From contig DF236955.1 in the NCBI GenBank assembly GCA_000708835.1, positions 124,001-188,000 of the forward strand: a stretch of 64,000 bases of DNA, in the 5' to 3' direction. Made by a program: the position numbers and the translations under genes. Under the pieces are notes generated by a model, which did no database searches, had not been told where the DNA came from, and was given only the letters and a program-made list of their open reading frames with translations. The DNA comes from Klebsormidium nitens. Taxonomy: Eukaryota; Plantae; Klebsormidiophyceae. Below are positions 13,767-25,479 of the stretch, in pieces. Position 1 is the stretch's first letter. Every line of letters starts with the position of its first letter.

Positions 13767-16637
13767 CTAATTCTCGTCTCGTTCGCCAGCACTAGGCTTG
13801 CGCACAGTTGCAACGGCTATTGGGAGCTCGTACTCCACCTTTTCCATCAGTACCATCGTTCCGTTCTTTCTGAGGGTCCGCTCAGAGAACCCCGGAGGAA
13901 GCGTAAGCACGAGGAAAACGAGAAGGTTTCCTTCGACATCCATCCCATCCAAAACTTCATCTTCATCCGTGTATCCCAAAGAGAGTTCGGCGTCATAGGC
14001 AAAGAAGTCGTAGCCATATATACGCTTCTTGGGATCCATACCCTCCTTGAGGATGCTTTCCAAGTTCTTGTTGCACGTTCCATGGAAAACGTATTCAATG
14101 GGCGACTCTTTCAACCGCTTCCTCTTGCCAGTACTAGTGCTCTTTCCCAATATCAGCCCTGCGAGGAGAAACGCGCAGTTGCGTTAACGCTGTTGTTTTT
14201 TATTCCGCTGTGACGTCACGTCAAAAGGCCTTACGAATGCAGGCGGCTGTTGTCCGTACCATAGTGTTTTGTCTTCAAAAATTGGTTTCAAAAGGGCTTG
14301 CCATCCTTCATGATCTGTGGCCGCCAGCAGAGTCAACCATTACCGTCTGTTGACTATGTCCAGCTACGGACAGGATTGCCGCGAGTTTTTTACACAATGA
14401 TGCTGCAGCTATCCAGGCAAAAATTTCTTCGAGAGGCCGGAAGACTTGCTCGCGCGTCAAGACTTCTAAAGAATATGCATATCAATCGGCGCAAAGCGTG
14501 AAATACTGGGATCGGCGGGTGAAATCCGGCGAGTCATCAACATACAGCAACATACAGCAACATACAGCCCCGTTTCCAGGATGCAATCTTGTCAGATTAC
14601 ACTCTTACTAAGATCTTTACCTGTGAGATCGTGCATGTGGTGTGCCAGGGAGTCCAAGAAGCGCTGGTAGAGACGGCTCTCGTAGCTCAGGTACGGGTTC
14701 GGCCGCTGCGCGACGAGCTTCCACTCCGAATCACCCCCGATCTCGTTAACGAAGCCCTCTACCTTGTCCGGTTCGCGCAGGGACTTGACGAGTTCGTGAA
14801 GCACCTGCACCGAGGGATCATGAGATCAAATACTCACGGTGCTTGTTACTCCCTTTCAATCTCTACACTTGCTCCCTTTTCCTTTTTCATCTCTATTACT
14901 GTGCTCGCTAACTCCTTTCGCGGTTCTGAATCTCATCAATAAGTTGGTTAGCCCGGCCGAATCTATTTGAGTGACGTCTTCATATCGCTTGCGCTGAGGA
15001 TCAGAATCGGAAGGAACCTTTGAATGCAACGGCTGATGGGTTCTCGAGCACATTCTTTCATCCTGATCAAAGAACGGCTTTTCCTGAAACATCTTTCCGA
15101 GGTAACAGAAACTCCGACGTCCCTGGCTTTGGCTCTCAGTTTCAGTATATTCCCAGGTTTCCGGTTGAAGTACGTACACTCCACGCTTTGATTGGCGCTC
15201 ACCAGCTTCTTTTGCGCGTGGTCTGCTGCCGCGATCGCGGCCGCGATGCCGTCTCCGTCCAGGGGGCAAGCGACTCGGAGCTCGGCCGTTCTTCCAGTGA
15301 CGGTGTCGGTCTTGGTCATGGACTGGAAATCGACCATGGCGAAGCTGCAGTGACGTGTGTCTGACGTCAGCAGGGCTAAATACATACAGCCAAAAGAGCA
15401 GTTTGATATAGATCAGTCAAGACTTCAACCGACGTTCGAGAGCGACTCTTGAGGGCTTTTAAAATGTTGGCATGTCATCGTCCAAAATTCCACCCGGCAA
15501 ATCCGTCCGAATCTTACTTGGCCAGTCTTCCAAAGTCTCAAAAACGTAGTTCAGAGGAGGTGAAAGTGAGGCCATCTCAAGTCTGATTTTGAAATGATCA
15601 TCAATCCGGGGAGATCATCGACAGAAAATCATTATCTGTCCTAGTGAGAGGATTCGGGAGTAAATCCAGTTGCAGAACAACAATCCTCTGAAAGAGAGGT
15701 GCTGCTGACCTTGCAATAAACAGCTGTAATTTTGGTATAAACTTCTGCCAAAGAACCAGATCTCGACTTACCTGCCGTCGCCCTCGTCCAGCAGACACGT
15801 GGGCGCTCCGGTTTTGGCCGCACGCAGGAGAAAGCGGGCCACCAAGTCAGAGACGCGCGTCCACTTGTCGGAGCTCGATCCCCGCTGCCAGATCCGGAGG
15901 AGGGGCGAAAGCACGTTTGCAGAAAGAGCCTGTCCGCCCTGCACAAGAGCGAATACTGCGGGCGTTAAGCGACCTCCGTTCCCGTCTTTGCAAAAGAGTA
16001 TTTCTGAGAAGTGCGGCGAAAGATAGGGCAAGGAAGGCTCTCATAGGGATCAAAAGAAGTGCAGCTTGCGCAAGGAAGGCAGCGCAATCCGAGAGGGTCA
16101 ATTATGCAGCAGCAACACCCACGTTTTCAAACAGAGAACCTTACTGCACTCAAAGAATCATTGAGTTGCCCCAACCAAAGGGAGAAAAGAGAAAACCAGA
16201 AGATGCAATGTGTGCGATCAGTCAGCGGCAACTTCGGAAATCATCCTGACAAACAGACCCGTTCACGGTCTTCGGCCAGATGTTCATGCTCACTTCTAAG
16301 CGGGGATACCAATGAGAGAGGAGGCTGAAATTCCAGCGACTTGGACCTTTGCTACCCTCGGCCACCCTGTCGCCCCCGCCCCGTCCACAACCAGCACCGG
16401 GCGCATGAACCCTCGTGGGCTCTTCTGCTGCATGATTCGCAGATCGACGGTGTACGTTTCTCCAAGCTCCTCTCCATCGACGTCTGACAGGCCCTCCAGA
16501 GTGACCCACGTCAACCCGTTCCGGACGCCCTCCTTGATGACGTCAGCATGCGTGCTCCCGTAGCGGCGCCACTCGTCGTCTTCCCGCCACCAGACACCGG
16601 GCGTCGCGGGGTCGTCGATCTGCCCGGTGATGCACAT
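13767..16637 (-). CDS. WWE-WWE-PARP-like ADP-ribosyltransferase, paralog B (exons 16637-~16341, 15938-15772, 15344-15203, 14804-14621, 14158-13767; about 393 aa)
   Basis: Same 5-exon structure and intron phases as paralog A. MCITGQIDDPATPGVWWREDDEWRRY; ART core IEYVFHGT...YDFFA...LLVFLVLTLPPGF...VEYELP. The exon-1 donor is ambiguous (phase-0 GT options after 16356, 16347 or 16341). Confidence 0.85.
14538..14567 (+). repeat. 10-bp tandem repeat x3 (paralog B intron 4)
   Basis: caacatacag x3. Confidence 0.9.
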
Positions 16638-17792
16638 TTTGGGCACCTGGAATTGCGGCTACGCTGTTCCGGAGGTGTACCGGGGGCGGGAGCAGCGGCC
16701 GGGGAAGCAACGTGGGCGCTCCTCCTTCGAGGGCATTCTTCGAAGAAGATTGCGGGCTTTGATCTGCGGACCAAGCGTACTTTTGAGGAGCGTGAAAGCG
16801 TCGCGATCTGGTAGTTCTTGAGAACCCAAGCTGGCTTCTCTCCTCTTTTCAAAACGAGGCTGTGTTTGAGTGGCTCATCCTGTTCAGCGTGCGAGCTAAG
16901 GTGCCCCGGGTAAGTCTTAGTTCGCGTTTGTCTTCGTTAGCGCCACTAAACGCTGTCTCGCATGGGGGCACCCCTTAGGGCGTGTCCTGCCTCCTCTCTA
17001 GCTGCGCACTGAAGTCAAGCTGAAGATTTTGATAAAAGCAGTCGGAGGTGAAGCTGAATGTTATGTCAGCGGATCTTGTGGGCCCACTTAAATCCTTCAG
17101 CTTGTGCGCGTGCATGGCGTATCCATGAACGGTCACAAAGCACGCCACGTCCTGGGGACTCGATTCTCCTCGTCTTTTGTTAGGCTTAGCTTGACTTGAA
17201 GTGTTTCGATTGGTCATGATTGATTGACAAAGCCAAGCCGAGTTGTCACGAGAAGTTTGAATCAATCGAGCGGCCGGGCTCTCAACTGGAATTGATGACC
17301 CTGACGATCCGCTATACGCGGGGATGCGCTGGTGTTACTTTGCATGAAGCCTCTGACAATGCTGGAGGCCCAGAGGCAGCCTGTTCAAAATGTCTGCAAA
17401 TTACACTCGCCGCCCCAGGGTAGCCCCTTGGAAGAGACGTCAAATCAAACGAAAGAGCCTCACGTAGCCTGAACTACCTTTATCTCACGCAGCGGTGGGA
17501 CGGGAGGGAGATTACCGTAGTGTTGTAATTTATCAGCCACGAGGACTGAGCTGTATCTGAGCATCAGAATAGGAAAAAAGGACCTGCGACGTGACAAAGT
17601 TGTATCTTACAACTTCTAATGCATCAGGATCGATCGAGAAACCCGCCACTTATAGCGGCCCGAACAAAATCATTTCATTTCGGCAGCTTTTTCCGTTCCA
17701 AAGCGAACAGTCCGTTCACCATCAGAGATACTTCCTTGAATACAGAAGGCGCTCTCAAAAGCAAGGAGCGCATTCCGTCCCCGGCTGCCCCG

Positions 17793-20700
17793 ATGTGCAT
17801 CACCGGGCAGATCCCCGACCCCACCACGCCCGGGGTCTGGTGGCGGGACGACCGCAAATGGCGCCGGTACGAAAGCACGGAGACTGACGTCATCAAAGAG
17901 GGCCTCCGTAACTCCCAGAAATGGGTGACTCTCGAAGGGGTGAATAACCTCCTCTTTGGCTCCCGTGTAACGTACACCGTCGATCTGCGGATCATGCAGC
18001 AGAAGAGCCCAGGTGGCTTCATGCGCCCGGTTCTGATCGTGGACGGGGCGGGGGCCGAAGGGGGTCCGGGAGAAGTTCAGGTACGTGCGCTGTGAAAGGA
18101 TCGATCAAGCTCCTTCTCGGAAGCGGATTCTGGTGACCGAAAGAAAGCCTAAGTCGTGAAAATCTCCATACGCAAGGAACTATAATGGAAGGCATCTTGC
18201 TGTGATTATCGTTGCTTATGAATGTTCTGGAAAAGGTTCAATGCGTGGTCAAGTGACGTAAGTTTGGAACGAATCTAGTGGAGCCCTTGAACGCAGTTGC
18301 GCCCATCTGAAAAAGAGAGTTCCTGTAAAGGGTTTCGCTCGAAGTGCCAAGGGGGCTGAAAAATGTAGCAAAGGCGGCCGCCCACAGCGTCTTCCAGAAT
18401 AATTGTGTTGTATCCAGTTGGTCACCCCAAAAAATCTGTACGTGGCTTTTATTGTGCTGTTTGACTTGCCCAAAAGTGGAAGACTCCTTGAATTATCTGT
18501 TCCCACAGCAAAGCGGCAAGCATTCTCTGAGAAGAAAAACAATCTCCAATCCGGTTGTCGTGTTTCGTATGCGTGTGCTCGTTTCTCTGAGCGCTAATTT
18601 GACAGAATTCTAAACCCAAACTTAGTTTAATTAACCAGTTCGCGACCCCTTCCATGTACGGAGTTTTCTGAAAATAGTGACGAGATTTCATCACGACTTT
18701 CTGCAGAATGGGCAAGCGCTGGCTGCAAACGAGTGCCCGCCGTTCCTCCGCATCTGGCAGCGAGAGTCCGGATCGAGCCGATGGAACCTGATCCCCAACA
18801 TTGCGGCGCGCTTTCTGCTGCGCGTTACAAAGACTGGAGCGTCCAGATGCCTTCTGGATGAGGGGAACGGCAGGCAAGTATATATGATGCACAGGGCAGC
18901 ACCTTCTGCCTTTCCGGTGGAAAAATAATGTTTTGAGAACCATCCAGTTGGGCAGTGTGTGGTACGTGAGCTGGCAGAAACTCTATGCTAAACGAAAGCG
19001 ACGATGCACCTGCAACTTCATCAATTTGTCAAATAGGCAGGCGCTGAGAGGACTGGCTGTCACAAAAACTTCTCCGGCAGTATCACGCTAAGGCCTTCCT
19101 CAAACACTTTGCCTTTCAGAGCTTTTGCCTATTCACTCCAACAAGTTAATTTCTTCGAATGTGCTCTCACGCCAGGCTGACGTCATTGCATCTTCTGCAT
19201 GGTCGAGTTGCCCTCCATGACCAAGACCGACACCGTCACCGGCAGGACGTCCGAGATCCGCATCGCGTGCCCGCTGGACGCGGCCGGCATCGCGGCCGCG
19301 ATCGCGAAAGCAGAGCATGCCCAGAAGAAATTGGTGAGGGAAAAGGCGACCTTGCACTTGTAGCGGCAATTTTTGCGTTTGCCTATTTGTGCGCGCGCCT
19401 GAAGGAGTTGTCTGGGGTTGAGCTTTTCTAGTGTCTGCTCTAATTTCAAGGTTGTGAAATCGCTGTCAGCAATTGACTAGCCCTTGAAATACACGCGAGT
19501 ATGTTACTCGCTGACTCAGAAACGTTATGGGTTTTATGATCAGCAGTCTTCTTATGAGCAGTCTTCTTTGAAGAGTCTCCTTATGAGCAGTCTCCTGCGT
19601 TTCGAGTATGGCAAACCCGTTGAGGTACAACCAGGGTTTCGGTTAAGATATCAACACATCAAGCAATATTAGATCCACCCACTCACTCAGCTGAAATAGA
19701 CAAACCGGAGCATAGAAACTTATGGGGATTCCTCGATGTACTACCCATGTTTTTCAATCGTAATTTAGGATTACGAGCTTTCCAAGACCTCGAAAACCAG
19801 TTCCGCTCGATGGGGTTTCAACGGTAGATCCGCCTTCGCTCAATCAGGTGCTTCACGATCTGGTGGAGTCTCTGCGCGCTCCTGAGCATATCGAGGACCT
19901 CGTGAAAGGAGATGGAGGAAACGGTTTGGAGCTGGTGGGTCAGCGTCCTAATCCGTACCTGGACCGCGAGAGCGACCAGTACCAGCGCTTTCTGGACACG
20001 CTGGCGCAGCACATGCACGATCTCAAAGGTATGTATGTAGCAAGTTTACAAGTTTCTGCGGGTTTTATTTGCGAAGCCGATCAGTATTGGATTCAGCCTT
20101 TGATTCCTATATGCGGAGGGCACTGATGCAATTCCAAGTGGGCCCAACTCAACGCATATCAACTCATGGTGAAGATTGAGCTCGTGATCAGATGCTGGGC
20201 ACTTCGCTCAAAGAGAAGCGACAATCTGTGCTATCCATCCGGATAGAATGTCAATTCTACGAAGGTGCATCAAACCAATTCAATGGCATCGACCTCATCT
20301 CCATCTTGTTCTGAGGTAGTCGCACAACCTTTGCTTTACACGGGCTTACCAGTTCGTCAATGCTGACCCTTAGCGAAGGCCTTGAGCGACAGTTATGAGA
20401 ACTCAAATTTCACCACGAAAGCCCGCGAGATGTGAATGGGCGCTTGGAGACGTACACAGCTTCCCATGCATCTCAAAAGCTCGAATTGACCCGTAGCGCC
20501 GGGGCCGCAAGTTCTTCCAAATGCGGAGACGACTTCGTCTTTGTAATGGTACTTCCGTTGCCTGCAGAGATGCTGGTCAACGAGAGTGGGCAGAAAAGGA
20601 GGCGGGCGGAACCGCCCATCGAGCACGTCTTCCACGGGACCCGCCCCGAGAACCTCGACAGCATCGTGCGGGACGGAATGGACCCCCGCCTCCGCAGAGC

Positions 20701-20938
20701 AAAGCGCGACTACTTTGCCACAAAACCGGCCTACTCTCTGGACTTCACCAATCCTTACCTCGGCTCCTATTTCGCCCGCCACTTCCCCGGTCCCGACGGC
20801 CCCCAGAAGCTCCTCGTGTTTCTGGTGCTCACGCTCCCCGTGGGGTTCCTTCGCAAGGAGGGCAACGACGCCGTCGTGGTCATGGACAAGGTCGAGTACG
20901 AGCTGCCCATCTTCGAAGTGACGGTGCGCTACAAGTGA
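17793..20938 (+). CDS. WWE-WWE-PARP-like ADP-ribosyltransferase, paralog C (exons 17793-18080, 18707-18873, 19192-19333, 19848-20028, 20568-20938; 382 aa), possibly splice-defective
   Basis: Exons 2 and 3 have the same lengths as in paralog B (167 and 142 nt). ART core IEHVFHGT...DYFAT...VEYELP is intact. Intron 2 has a GC donor and its homologous acceptor reads AT, not AG (ttgcat|c at 19190-19191). Confidence 0.75.
19534..19596 (+). repeat. Degenerate ~15-bp tandem repeat x4 (paralog C intron 3)
   Basis: ttatga(tca)gcagtcttc / ttatgagcagtcttc / tttgaagagtctcc / ttatgagcagtctcc. Confidence 0.75.
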
Positions 20939-22245
20939 TGTAAATGGATAGAAGGCTATAATAGGGTGTCGTAAGTGAAAATAGTGGCTTTAAGTAAAAT
21001 GGGGACGGAGAGGGGCCGTATCTGTTCCTCCAGCCAACTGGGTCTTTGAAACCGTGAGCTTCCAGAACCAAACTTGTGAGCTTGAGCTGATTGACGTACA
21101 ACTTGAATACAGTGACATCGGCTGGGGAACATTGGTTTATAGATAGAATATTCAGGGGTTCCAAGCGACCGTGTAAATACCAGACATTTCGTTCACCGAA
21201 AGCCGACTCAGTGGGTGAGCGTGACCAGTTCATGAGCGGTAGGCTTGCGGCTCTGCGAGTGCCAGATTAGTTAAGATAGTCAAAGACTGTCCAACTAGAA
21301 ACCTTAGAATAGCGTACATAGATGTCGATACGCCTTTTCTTCGCGCTTCGCCGAACTGTAGCTCCCCTTTTATACGGAGAAAATTGTGAGACATCTGCGG
21401 AAGTGCAATCGTACTGTATCCTCTTATTGGCTTAGGATTCGACACGTCTTCACTGTTTAATGAACCGGAAGAGAATCGTTTGCATATCTCAGAAAGCCTG
21501 CTTTTTAGGACCGCTGCATGCCCACTAAATGGATGCTCAATCCTTTCCAAAAGAATGACGCGTCAATAGCTAGATGCATGAATGCTCCTCGGCACATGCA
21601 TACGAACCCGGTTGCGGTTCAAAATTCTGGCATGCTTTCGACAAACACCTCATGCAGATCTCGAAATATGTCCGAGGGTTGTGCGGCCTGTCCAAATCAA
21701 CCATTTACATGACTACTCGATCCAACTATTTGGCCTCCCAGGAAGGAGTCAAGAATTTGGGTCTTGATATGGCGCATCGCGGTAAGCTAGTTGGCAAACA
21801 CGCCACACTTCACATATCATGCTCCGAGTCTGGCAGTGGCCGCGGCCCCGCGCTCAGTTACGTGAGGCAGGTGATTACCTTATATCGCATCGTTAATTGT
21901 TTACCGTTCATGATTCGGCATACACGCTAGATTCGACTAAAGCTTACGTACATGCATGCAACAACCTGGCTGTGGCGAGCCTTATGACCCGCACGGTGGT
22001 GCGAAGTACTGACGAAAGTTTCACGCGCATCGAACACTGAACTCAACCTCCACCGGATTACGGGCGTCACAACACCTGGTCGGAAATGATGATCAGTGAG
22101 AAATGTACCCAATTGTGCGAGCATGGGTACCATACAACTATGGGTTTCGCTTGAGTCGGATTCTCATACGTTTAAAACTATGTTGCGGGCTCAAGTAATT
22201 GCTCAGCTTCCTCAGGGGGATCTCGCATAGATGGTCTGATGAACT

Positions 22246-25200
22246 TTACGTAGCTTTGAAGTTTCTGTATGCAACAACAGCATAGAACGGGTCTGATCCA
22301 GCGCGCCGGAAGAGTTTCAAGAACTTCTGCAGCAAGTTAGAATTCTGACTGCTTTTGGACTCTGCTTTGGGCAGCTCCGTGATCGTCTCCGGTTGCGTGA
22401 AGCCACGTATACACGAGAAGTACTGCTTCACCAGTTGCACCCGACTGTACCCGGTCCCCTCTCTCCAACTCGCAATGGCCTGCGCGCACAATAAAGAGCG
22501 CTCACAAATCAAGCGAAGCGGGATTCCACATGAAAGGAAGGGTGCTCAATCACTGACTTCTGAACCTACGTTGGCGGAATGCGGGCCCAGGCATCAGCAA
22601 TTGTCGATCCGTCTCCTCTGGTGGGAACCACTCGGCCGATAGGAACGGCAGAGTCCAAATAGGGAAACTTCCGAGGAAAGGTTTGGATGTTGACAAAGTA
22701 ACCTCACCTTTTGGCAGTCAGAATCTTTCTCAAACTAAAAGACCGTCGGCGTCGTAAAGCAAAGGGGCAGGCCGTAAAGCAAAGGGGCAGGCCGGTTCGA
22801 AGCGCTGATTTGAATCCGGTCAGCTGAAAACCTTTGCCGGAAGTCTTGGACAGATGGCGGAACCGCCTCGCAGTACTTATCCGCCTTTGAATCTTCTTGA
22901 CTGAGTCACCCGTCTGCGAGATCATTCAGAACACGTACTACAGTCCGCTTCAAGATGGTCATCTGATGGTAATCATTGACCTCCAAACCGAACGTCCTTA
23001 TACTTGAAATCTTTACGTAGTCGTGGGCTCCAAACCATGTGAAACTGGCAGAACGTGCATTTGGCGACAGATACGCAGACGCTCCCTATGACCGATTGCA
23101 CAACTGTTATTGACTACACCTTCCAGTGCCCAAAAAGTGCGACCCCAACATCCTTCGCTTATCGGCCCTGAATTCCAAGTGCCTTTCTGCCCACTCCCTT
23201 TTCCGATACAACCGCAGCATCCGCCTTGTTCCTGTACACACGCGGTTGCTGATACAAAATATGCTTGGCTCAGACGGCGCACCAGGGAGGTCCGACAACA
23301 CCCAAGAAACCTTCAGCAAGCCCCGTTTAAGTTGCTTCCAACAGATAACACCCTCAACGTTGTACGTCCCCCAACAAGCGAAGCTCAGATCCGAAACTTC
23401 GCAAACCTCGACTAGAAGGCCTAGGTTCTGTTAAATGGAACCCATCGAAACCAACTAATCCTCACCTTGTCGTAGAACATCCGGTTGCTGAAGCTGACTA
23501 TGCACACCCCGCCCGGTCGAAGCACGCGGAAGATCTCGGCAAAGACCTTCTCAGGCTGCTGCAGGTACTGTACGCTTACGCAGATCAAGACTGCATCGAA
23601 GCTGCAGTCGGCGGCCTCCAACTGCGGCTCTGCAGAGAGGGCGGTTTAAAATGTTTACAAGGAGAAAAAGGTAGTAATGAAGAGGTAGACGGTTTAGTGA
23701 GACTTGTTGTAAACAGGAAAGCTGCGAAGGACTGCGACTGGGCCCTAGCTAGATCACATGAAGCACTGAGGCTGTCATTCAAACCTAGCTTTCGGGAATC
23801 AGGAAATATACTCCAAGTCTGCAAGAAAACATAGTGAACGGCTGGGTTGAGATCGGAGTATCAAAAACCCTACGCCAAATACTCATGCCTTTCTATTTTT
23901 GGGCGAGTTCCATGTCAATCGTGGAATTGGCATGATATCGATAAAGCTTGCCCTCCTCATTAAGGCCGAGCCCTTCAGAGCGCTGACGAATTGCCACAGA
24001 CTTTCGACTAAAGATGACCTGGTCAACTCAAGTAAAGAATCGGTAGAATTGGTGTAAGAAGCCGAACATTACCAATCAACAATGGCGAAAAGCCTGACAA
24101 GTATTTGTGGCGGGATAGCCACGAAGTCCACCACCCCTTCCCCCTCTTCTTCCTCATCTTGATGAAAACGACAATTCGCCACACCTTTGTTCCTCGCGAG
24201 CACTACCCAAACACAGAATCAAGCTCCTACCTTCGTTCAGGTTCTTGACAAAGAAAGCGTCCAGCCGGGGGTTCCTCGCCAGCTCAGCGGCGTTCATCCC
24301 AAGGCCCACAACGCGTTTGTAGCTCACTTCGGGGGGCAGGTGGCTAACCCAGCTGCTCATCAGATCCAAGACCTCCGCCCCAGCAGGAATTCGTTGCCGA
24401 TACACCTCCGTTAACGTATTTAGAAACTGGTCGTCGACGTGCGTGACCTGCATCGGAGGGAGGAGTGTCAGCCAACAGGAAAATTGAAGCGCATATCATC
24501 TGGCAGGGCACAAGGTACATGGAGCAATTTACCCTGCATCGCACAACAGAGGGCGGAGCCACGAGGAGCGAAGAAGCGCCAAAGATACCGACACTAATGA
24601 GAAGAACTGTGGAGCGACTCTTTCTAAGCGAAATGTTCGTGGAGTGTCCTCACACAAGGGGGCACGGGGCATATTAAGCGAAGCACAAAACGTAGTAAAC
24701 CAAGAAAGAAAAGAGCCTTTCTCAGGTAGTGAGGACGTCGCTTTCAGGTCCTAGGGCCAGAAGGTACAGCGGGAGCACTGGCCTGGCTTGTAGCGAGCTG
24801 CCATTCGGAACTTTAGTCAGAGTTATGCAATGGATCTTGAAATCATCGGGTCCGTGGTGAATTTTTTTGGAAAGCATATCCGTGCTTCTCGATTTTCCTG
24901 CACCACCCTCTGCCAACAAGGCTGGCAATGCAAAAATGATGAAAATCAACAAAGGTGCACAGAATGCTGAGTGCTCTCTTTCTAACAAGCCTCCGGATCA
25001 GAACTAACAGTTGTTCTTCCTAAACAACTATGACAACCTACCAAGCGTGGAAAGCTGTAGAAAGCCCGGTCGTCTTTCAAGTCCAGCTTGCCTCTCCCCT
25101 CCCTGGTCAGCACCTCCCTAAGGATGGCCCCTCCCTGATCCCTCATGTCGCCCCCAGCAATTGCACGGGGGCTGTCAACGCAGGGAGACCACCTTATGGG

Positions 25201-25479
25201 AGCACCAATCCTACTTTTTCTATCTGTGCATGTATGCCCAAACTGCAGAGAATGATCTAACGACAGCGGTCGATGGCTCCCAGCTGAGGTCCGTGCTGCA
25301 GAAAGCTTCCCCGATTTGCAAAAGGAAGTGGTTGCTTCTCGTTGAAGAGCGAATGGACTGGCTAACATACTCATGTGCAACGTCCCCGGTCTTACATGCT
25401 TTTCACATTGGTCAAACGCAGCAGCTTGGGGGCCAAAGCTGCGGGCAATCGGGCGAGTTGTTGAAGCGGCTTGCTCCAT
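22246..25479 (-). CDS. Plastid class I SAM-dependent methyltransferase (Methyltransf_11 type, At4g29590-like); exons 25479-25042, 24447-24231, 23629-23466, 22479-22246; 350 aa
   Basis: 1053 nt in phase. Motifs DDRAFYSFPRLVTHVDD, VLDLMSSWVSHLP, GLGMNAAELARNPRL, FDAVLICVSVQYLQQPEKVFAEIFRVLRPGG, SFSNRMF, DPFYAVVA. Long transit-peptide-like N-terminus; the start codon is less certain. Confidence 0.9.
22753..22794 (+). repeat. Perfect 20-bp tandem duplication (methyltransferase intron 3)
   Basis: cgtaaagcaaaggggcaggc x2. Confidence 0.9.
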
